64,000 bases of DNA from an uncultured delta proteobacterium (GTDB lineage: Bacteria > Myxococcota_A > Polyangia > Polyangiales > Polyangiaceae). The stretch is taken from assembly GCA_963696385.1 (NCBI GenBank), contig CAVOKF010000005.1, positions 1,465,290-1,529,289 of the forward strand. Direction: 5' to 3'. The notes below the pieces were generated by a model. It did no database searches and was not told the DNA's origin. It worked only from the letters and a program-made list of their open reading frames with translations. Below are positions 58,912 to 64,000 of the stretch, in pieces (the first letter of the stretch is position 1; the number at the start of each line of letters is the position of its first letter). The position numbers and the translations under genes are program-made.

Positions 58912-59512
58912 GTGAGCGACCTGGACGATCTCCCTATTTTCAGGCCTCGGATGGGCCGAGGGCCAAAACGGGCGCCTCGCGGCGAAAGAAGCTCGTTTCG
59001 CGGCGCCCTTTTGTCGAAGATTGCGCGGAGCGCCCGCACGGCGCAGCGGCGAGTCGCGCGCTCGCGCGTCGCCGTGCCGCGACCGGATGCGAGTGCGCGC
59101 CGGGCGGTCGTCAAGGTGCACGTCGCGCGCCTGGGGGCCGGCGGCGCGAAGGCAGCGGCGTTGCACCTGCGGTACATCGAGCGCGACGGTGTTGAGAAGG
59201 ACGGCTCCAAGGGCGTGGCGTACACGGCCGACGGGCCGGCTCGGGTCGAGACCTTCGAGCAGCCGCGTGCCGGGGAGCGCCACCAATTTCGGTTCATCCT
59301 GTCCCCGGAAGACGCCGCGGAGCTCGATCTCACCGCGTACGTCCGGCGCTTCATGGCTCGGATCGAGCGCGATCTCGATCGCAAGCTCGAATGGTTGGCC
59401 GTCAATCACTTCGACACCGACCACCCCCACGCGCACCTCGTGATCCGCGGCGTCGACCGAAGCGGTCGCGAGCTCCGGCTCGACCGCGGGTACATCTCGA
59501 ACGGCTTACGCC
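58912..59512 (+). pseudogene. VirD2-like/DUF3363 (RlxS-type) relaxase, interrupted by IS copy 2
   Basis: RRAVVK, HLRYIERDG (catalytic Tyr), FRFILSPED, AVNHFDTDHPHAHLVIRG (HUH); cut at 59512. Confidence 0.88.
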
Positions 59513-59748
59513 CTTCAGCGGCGCCTTTGGAGTGATCCACTTCGGGTCACCGAAGTGATCCACCCGTCGCGGGGATCGGGGTGTCAGCGGCGGCGGGATC
59601 GTGACCCACCCCTTGCTATCGGAAAGGGCGCGCGTCAGGGCCGGTGGCTCGCACCCGAGATGCTCGGCCGGGCGAAGGGGGGAACCGCCAAGACGCCGGT
59701 AGGACTCGCGAGCGCTCGGGCCCGCGGCTCAGTGCGGGAGTCCGGCTA

Positions 59749-60063
59749 TCAGAAGGTGTTGTCGTCGGTGGGATCGTGCGCGGGTGGCATCGCCGCTTCG
59801 CGGACGGCGTGGCGGTAGCGCCAGAGCGTTTCGCGCAAGGTGGCGGCCCTGCGGCAGATCGTGTGGGCGAGGAAGACGACAGGGCCTTGATCGCGTGGCC
59901 TATGGAAGTCGTCGATGAGCGTCTGGTGCTCGGCCAAGAGCGCGTCGGCAGCGAGGTCGAGCGCGTGTTCGAGCAGAATGATGGAGGCGAGCTCCGGCGC
60001 GACGACGAGGTCCGGGACGCGGGGCGGAGGCGGAGCGGGTGGAACGCGGCGCGTGCGCTTCAC
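59749..60063 (-). CDS. Small hypothetical protein downstream of istB (copy 2)
   Basis: Homolog of 32525-32839. Confidence 0.65.
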   Translation of the reverse strand: MKRTRRVPPAPPPPRVPDLVVAPELASIILLEHALDLAADALLAEHQTLIDDFHRPRDQGPVVFLAHTICRRAATLRETLWRYRHAVREAAMPPAHDPTDDNTF

Positions 60064-60923
60064 GGCGCCGTGGCCTGAGTGGGTGCGACCGGCTTGCCGG
60101 CACGCTCGGCGGCGACGTGCTGGCGGTAGCTCGGTCCGTCGATGTCGATGCGAATGGCATGCATGGCGAGCCGATCGAGAATGGCGGCGGCGACGGTCGC
60201 GTCTCCCAGGTAGCGTCCCCACTGGCGCAAATCGATATTGGAGGTGACCGCGGTCGAGAGCTTGCCGTGCCTGCGATCGACGAGGTTGAAGAGAGTATGG
60301 GCGGCGGTGGGCTCGTCGTCGCGCTGGCGCACCTGCCCCAGGCCGACGTCGTCGATGACGAGCAGGTCGGGTCGTGCCCAGGCCTTCAGGCGTCGGGGGT
60401 AGGTGCCGTCGGCGAGGCCGGCGTGCAGGTCGGCGAGCAGGTCGACGCACCGCGCGTAGCGCAGGGAGATGCCCTGCACGCAGGCGCGCAGGGAGAGGGC
60501 CTTGAGGATGTGACTCTTGCCGGTGCCGCTCTTTCCCGTGATGACCAGGTCGTCGTGGCGCCTGACGAAGTCGAGGCGGGCGAGCTCCAGCACGAGGCTC
60601 TTGTCGATCGAGGGTTGAAAGTCCCAGTCGAAGGCCTCGAGTGTCTTTTGCTCGACCAGGCCGCTGACCCGGATACGCCGGTCCAGGCGTGCGGCCGACT
60701 TGTGATCGACCTCAGCGGCCAGGACGTGCTCGAGCAGGGCGGTGTGTCCGGGTCGCTCGCGGGTGGCCCACGCGAGCCAGTCGTCGAGCGTGGAGAGCGT
60801 ATGGGAGAGGCCCAAGTAGCCGAGGTGCCGGCGCAGGCGCTCGATCACCACGACGGCCTCGTCGGAGGCCGGGCCGGTCACCCGGTCATTCGAGTCTGAT
60901 TTATCCGTTTTGGTCTTGGCCAT
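60060..60923 (-). CDS. istB: IstB AAA+ ATPase
   Basis: Walker A/B; two residues longer than copy 1 (GLGQVRQRD). Confidence 0.93.
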   Translation of the reverse strand: MAKTKTDKSDSNDRVTGPASDEAVVVIERLRRHLGYLGLSHTLSTLDDWLAWATRERPGHTALLEHVLAAEVDHKSAARLDRRIRVSGLVEQKTLEAFDWDFQPSIDKSLVLELARLDFVRRHDDLVITGKSGTGKSHILKALSLRACVQGISLRYARCVDLLADLHAGLADGTYPRRLKAWARPDLLVIDDVGLGQVRQRDDEPTAAHTLFNLVDRRHGKLSTAVTSNIDLRQWGRYLGDATVAAAILDRLAMHAIRIDIDGPSYRQHVAAERAGKPVAPTQATAP

Positions 60924-62475
60924 CGGCGGTCTCCACGGGGCGGTGGGTGGCGAGCGGCAGAGCGTCGTACTCGGCCAGATCGCGGGGGCGTGTGACGACG
61001 GGACCGAGCGCGTCATCGATGCGCTTGGCGGTGTCTTCGGCGACGTACTCGTCGAGGGTCCGGGGCGGAGCGCGTTGGGCAAGGATGCGTTCGACAGAGG
61101 CCGCGTCGAGCGCGCCGAACCGAACGGCGTGCGCGAGGGCGGCGTCGACGTCGGCGCTGTCGTAGCGGGCACGCAAGACCAGGATCTGCCGGGCGTGGTG
61201 GGTCCAGACACGGGTCACGTGGGCGCCCGAGAGCTGGAGCAGGAACGCGGCGGCCCCGTCGCCCATCTGCTCGAAGGTGGCGCGCAGCTTGTCGACGTCG
61301 ATGGGCGACCGGCTCTCTGGGCGAGGATGCAGCCCGAGCGGGTCGATCTTGTCGCCGCGTCCGCGCGGTCGCAGCTCATAGCGCGCCAGGCAAGCGAGAT
61401 TCGGCCCGTAGACGAACAGCTCCGTCTGCGTGATGCGCAGCGGCAGGAAGTCGGTCACATGGTCGTACGGCACGGCGTAGCGGTTACCGAGCCATTCGAC
61501 GTACCCGTCGATGCTGCAGAGTCGATACGTGACCCGGGCGGTGTCGTACGGATGCTTGGGCAGCGGCCGCAGGTGAGGCGCCTCGTCGCGAAACCGATCG
61601 AGGGCGGACAGCCCGTGACGCTTGCGCGGGTCGACGACGCGAACGAGCCAGTCGGCGAGCTGCGCGGCGAAGTCGTCGCGATCGCGAAATGAGCGGCCGT
61701 TGAGAAACGACCGCTCGTGCTCCCAGAAGCTGCGCTCGACGCGCGGCTTGGCGTTGGGTTTTCCTCGCACGGCGGCGGGCTGAATGCCGTAGTGCGCGGC
61801 AAAGGCGAGATACCGAGGATTGTAGATGGGCTGGTGGCCTTCCCACCGGAGCACGACGGGCTTCTGGCTGTCGTACTTGCAGCCCGCGGCGCAGCCGCCG
61901 AAACGCGCGAAGGCGCGCTCGTGGCCGTCCATGAGCGCGAACAAGTCCGGCGAGCCGAAGACGTCGAAGGACTTGCGCTTCGAATAGACCAGGACATACG
62001 AGAACAGCTGCACAGTCTCGGAGAGGCCGGTCGTATACGTGAGCGTGTAGGGCGACCAATCGTTTTCGGCCATCTCACCCGGTCCGAACACCGGAGCTTC
62101 GAGGCTCGGCGTCGGCTTGGCCGCTGGCCGCACGCGCCGCATCTGCTTCTTGACGGCGGTGTAGCCGCCTTGGAATCCCTCGTCCTTGAGGATCTCCAGC
62201 ACGCGCTGCGCGGTGATGTCCGGGTAGCGCGCGAGCAACTCGCTCACGCGACCCTGGTAGGCGTCGATCTTGCGGGAACGCGGCGCGCGCACGGGCGCAG
62301 CGGCCAGCGCGGCGTGCCCGTCGTCGCGCTCGCGACCGTGGGTCCGAAGGATCTTCTTGATCGTGTTCCGACTGACCCCCAGCGCCCGCGTGATGGCGCG
62401 CCGGCTCATCCCCTGGGCCGTCAACACGACGACCTGGTGGATCAATTCCTCGCGAGAGCGCCAGTGCACCGTCAT
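60901..62475 (-). CDS. istA: IstA DDE transposase, intact (524 aa)
   Basis: Uninterrupted frame from MTVHWRSREE; IS21 motifs incl. DGYVEWLGNRYAVP. Confidence 0.93.
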   Translation of the reverse strand: MTVHWRSREELIHQVVVLTAQGMSRRAITRALGVSRNTIKKILRTHGRERDDGHAALAAAPVRAPRSRKIDAYQGRVSELLARYPDITAQRVLEILKDEGFQGGYTAVKKQMRRVRPAAKPTPSLEAPVFGPGEMAENDWSPYTLTYTTGLSETVQLFSYVLVYSKRKSFDVFGSPDLFALMDGHERAFARFGGCAAGCKYDSQKPVVLRWEGHQPIYNPRYLAFAAHYGIQPAAVRGKPNAKPRVERSFWEHERSFLNGRSFRDRDDFAAQLADWLVRVVDPRKRHGLSALDRFRDEAPHLRPLPKHPYDTARVTYRLCSIDGYVEWLGNRYAVPYDHVTDFLPLRITQTELFVYGPNLACLARYELRPRGRGDKIDPLGLHPRPESRSPIDVDKLRATFEQMGDGAAAFLLQLSGAHVTRVWTHHARQILVLRARYDSADVDAALAHAVRFGALDAASVERILAQRAPPRTLDEYVAEDTAKRIDDALGPVVTRPRDLAEYDALPLATHRPVETADGQDQNG

Positions 62476-63362
62476 GCCCTGCTCGCTCTCTCGGTCACGG
62501 CGGTGATCGTTTTCATCAGGCCGCCCAGCACGCCATGGAGGTTGCTGAGATCGGGGCCCACGACGTCGGCGGCGGGTCCCAACGCGGCGAGCGGCATCCC
62601 GGCCAAACAGGCTTGAAGTCGCCCCGCGCTCCGTCGAAGGGTCGTCACGTCGAGCGCGATCGTCTCGGCGATGCTCCTTGCCGTGCGTGGGCGGCCGCGA
62701 CGCGCAGGCCGACCCCCGTCGCGCCAGCGCACCAGCACCGCCTCGTGCCCCGGCCCCGAGTCGTCCGCGAGCTCGCGCACCAAGAGGGCCGTCTGCCGCA
62801 CGGTGAGCCCGCGACGGATGACGACCGCGGAGACCGCCGGCTGGTTGCCACGTGGCAACGCGCCGACGAGGATCGCTGCCCGCGGTGCGAGCAGCCCGAG
62901 TCGAACGTCGGCTTGGACCGACGAATCGAGCGCTTCGACCAGCATCAGGCGGCGACAGACCCAGCTCTTGTGGCAACGAAGCAGCGCAGCGATCGCCCCT
63001 TGCGTCACGTGATGCTCTCGATGCAGGGCGCGCACGATCCACGCCTCCTCGAGCGCGGTGAGCCCGCGGCCAGCGTGCAGCTCGCGCATCTGCACGGTGG
63101 CATCGACGGCGCCAAGGTCGGTGACGACGGCGCGCAGATCGCGAAGGCCCAGCCCTCGCGCGGCGCGTAGCCGCTTGAAGCCGTCGAAGATCTCGACGGC
63201 GCCATCCCGCTCGAACGCGCGCACGGCGGAGAGCTGGCCGTGCTGCTTGAGCGACGCGCGCATGGCGGCCAGCGCGCAGGCGTCGGCGAGGCGCAGCCGC
63301 GACAGGCCCTCGCCGAGATCGGCGACGGCGACGAGGCGCTCGGCTTGAGCAGCGGCGGTCAC
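62472..63362 (-). CDS. ParB/Srx N-terminal domain + HTH protein (copy 2)
   Basis: Homolog of 35243-36133. Confidence 0.85.
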   Translation of the reverse strand: MTAAAQAERLVAVADLGEGLSRLRLADACALAAMRASLKQHGQLSAVRAFERDGAVEIFDGFKRLRAARGLGLRDLRAVVTDLGAVDATVQMRELHAGRGLTALEEAWIVRALHREHHVTQGAIAALLRCHKSWVCRRLMLVEALDSSVQADVRLGLLAPRAAILVGALPRGNQPAVSAVVIRRGLTVRQTALLVRELADDSGPGHEAVLVRWRDGGRPARRGRPRTARSIAETIALDVTTLRRSAGRLQACLAGMPLAALGPAADVVGPDLSNLHGVLGGLMKTITAVTERASRA

Positions 63363-63385
63363 GGCCGCGAATCCACCACGACTCG

Positions 63386-63856
63386 TCACCCGGCACGAGA
63401 CCGGCCCGTGACGCTGTCCAGGTCCAGGCCCGATCGGCAGCCGTTTTCCCCAGCCTCCAGCGCGCAGGGTAGCTCGTGACATGGGCCCACTCTGTCCACT
63501 TTGGCGGGCCCAAAAGGGCCGATTTTCCGCAGAATTCGCCCCAGATCGCGGCGGAGGGTAGCTCGTGACAGGCTCGCGGCCTTGTCCACGATCTGCTGTA
63601 CTTTACGCAATAAATCCACGCTGTTGCCGTCCGAGGGTAGCTCGTGACATCCGGCTGCCTTGCCGCCGTCCCGGCGCCTTTGCTGGCGTGCGCGCTCGTC
63701 GGCCCGCTGCTCGTCCAGGTCGTTGCGCCGCCTCCGGCGCGCCTGACGGTTGCGGCGCTGGCCGCGGCACCCCTCTCCGCACACAACTTGGTGATCGAGC
63801 GCGCTCACGGCAGGTGTGAACCACTTCCGGCACTCGCTGCATCGACGCCTGGACAT
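63386..63856 (-). CDS. Cys4 Zn-finger-like hypothetical protein (copy 2)
   Basis: Homolog of 36157-36627. Confidence 0.65.
   Translation of the reverse strand: MSRRRCSECRKWFTPAVSALDHQVVCGEGCRGQRRNRQARRRRRNDLDEQRADERARQQRRRDGGKAAGCHELPSDGNSVDLLRKVQQIVDKAASLSRATLRRDLGRILRKIGPFGPAKVDRVGPCHELPCALEAGENGCRSGLDLDSVTGRSRAG
63466..63649. repeat. Three perfect 16-bp direct repeats AGGGTAGCTCGTGACA (copy 2)
   Basis: 63466-63481, 63555-63570, 63634-63649. Confidence 0.93.
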
Positions 63857-64000
63857 CGACGCCAGCGTCCGGCGAGGCGCCCTCGATCGCGCATTCCACG
63901 GCGCCCCCCTGGATCACGATCCCGCCGCCCCCGGCCGCCCCTTCAGGCCGGGCCGTGGATCACGACCCCGCCGTGCGGTGGATCACGACGAGGGCGCCGC

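Larger units (their letters stand above)
59513..64000 (-). mobile_element. IS21-like ParB-carrying element, copy 2 (last ~5 bp beyond window)
   Basis: Colinear and highly similar to 32290-36776; starts CTTCAGCGGCGCC; window ends inside the right IR. Confidence 0.93.

Noticed and set aside
62476..63786. N-terminal 437-aa extension making a 961-aa IstA
   Set aside because: Arg-rich shadow frame overlapping the ParB gene; the equivalent frame is stopped at 35514 in copy 1; the true start overlaps the parB stop

Overview
High-GC (about 67%) DNA with a gene content typical of a Polyangiaceae-type myxobacterium (Myxococcota); this assignment is inferred from gene families. The first ~24 kb looks like core genome: two PEGA-domain proteins, an EmrAB-type efflux pump, a CCA-adding enzyme, an alginate-export-type beta-barrel, a YcbK/M15 peptidase, a lysophospholipase, a ferredoxin, an orphan SPPY-type DNA methyltransferase, lolA, ruvC, yebC, a tandem pair of large transglutaminase-like surface proteins, and a radical SAM enzyme closely resembling archaeal tetraether lipid synthase (Tes/GDGT-MAS). 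From ~24.2 kb onward the window is an eroded accessory mosaic. It holds two eukaryote-like Ser/Thr kinase signalling modules, a redox/TetR/AraC cluster, a tyrosine-integrase remnant followed by a tRNA-3'-like att site, a MobC-like/oriT/relaxase mobilisation module with a deleted paralogous remnant 30 kb away, and many gene fragments. The most striking feature is a ~4.5 kb five-gene IS21-like element present twice (32290-36776 and 59513 to past the window end). It carries a Zn-finger-like ORF, a ParB-like CTPase/HTH gene, istA, istB and a small ORF. It also has three internal perfect 16-bp direct repeats upstream of the ParB gene, non-canonical CT...AG termini and a 7-bp target duplication. One copy splits a Phd antitoxin gene and the other splits a relaxase gene. 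Product calls come from motif recognition by eye, not database searches.
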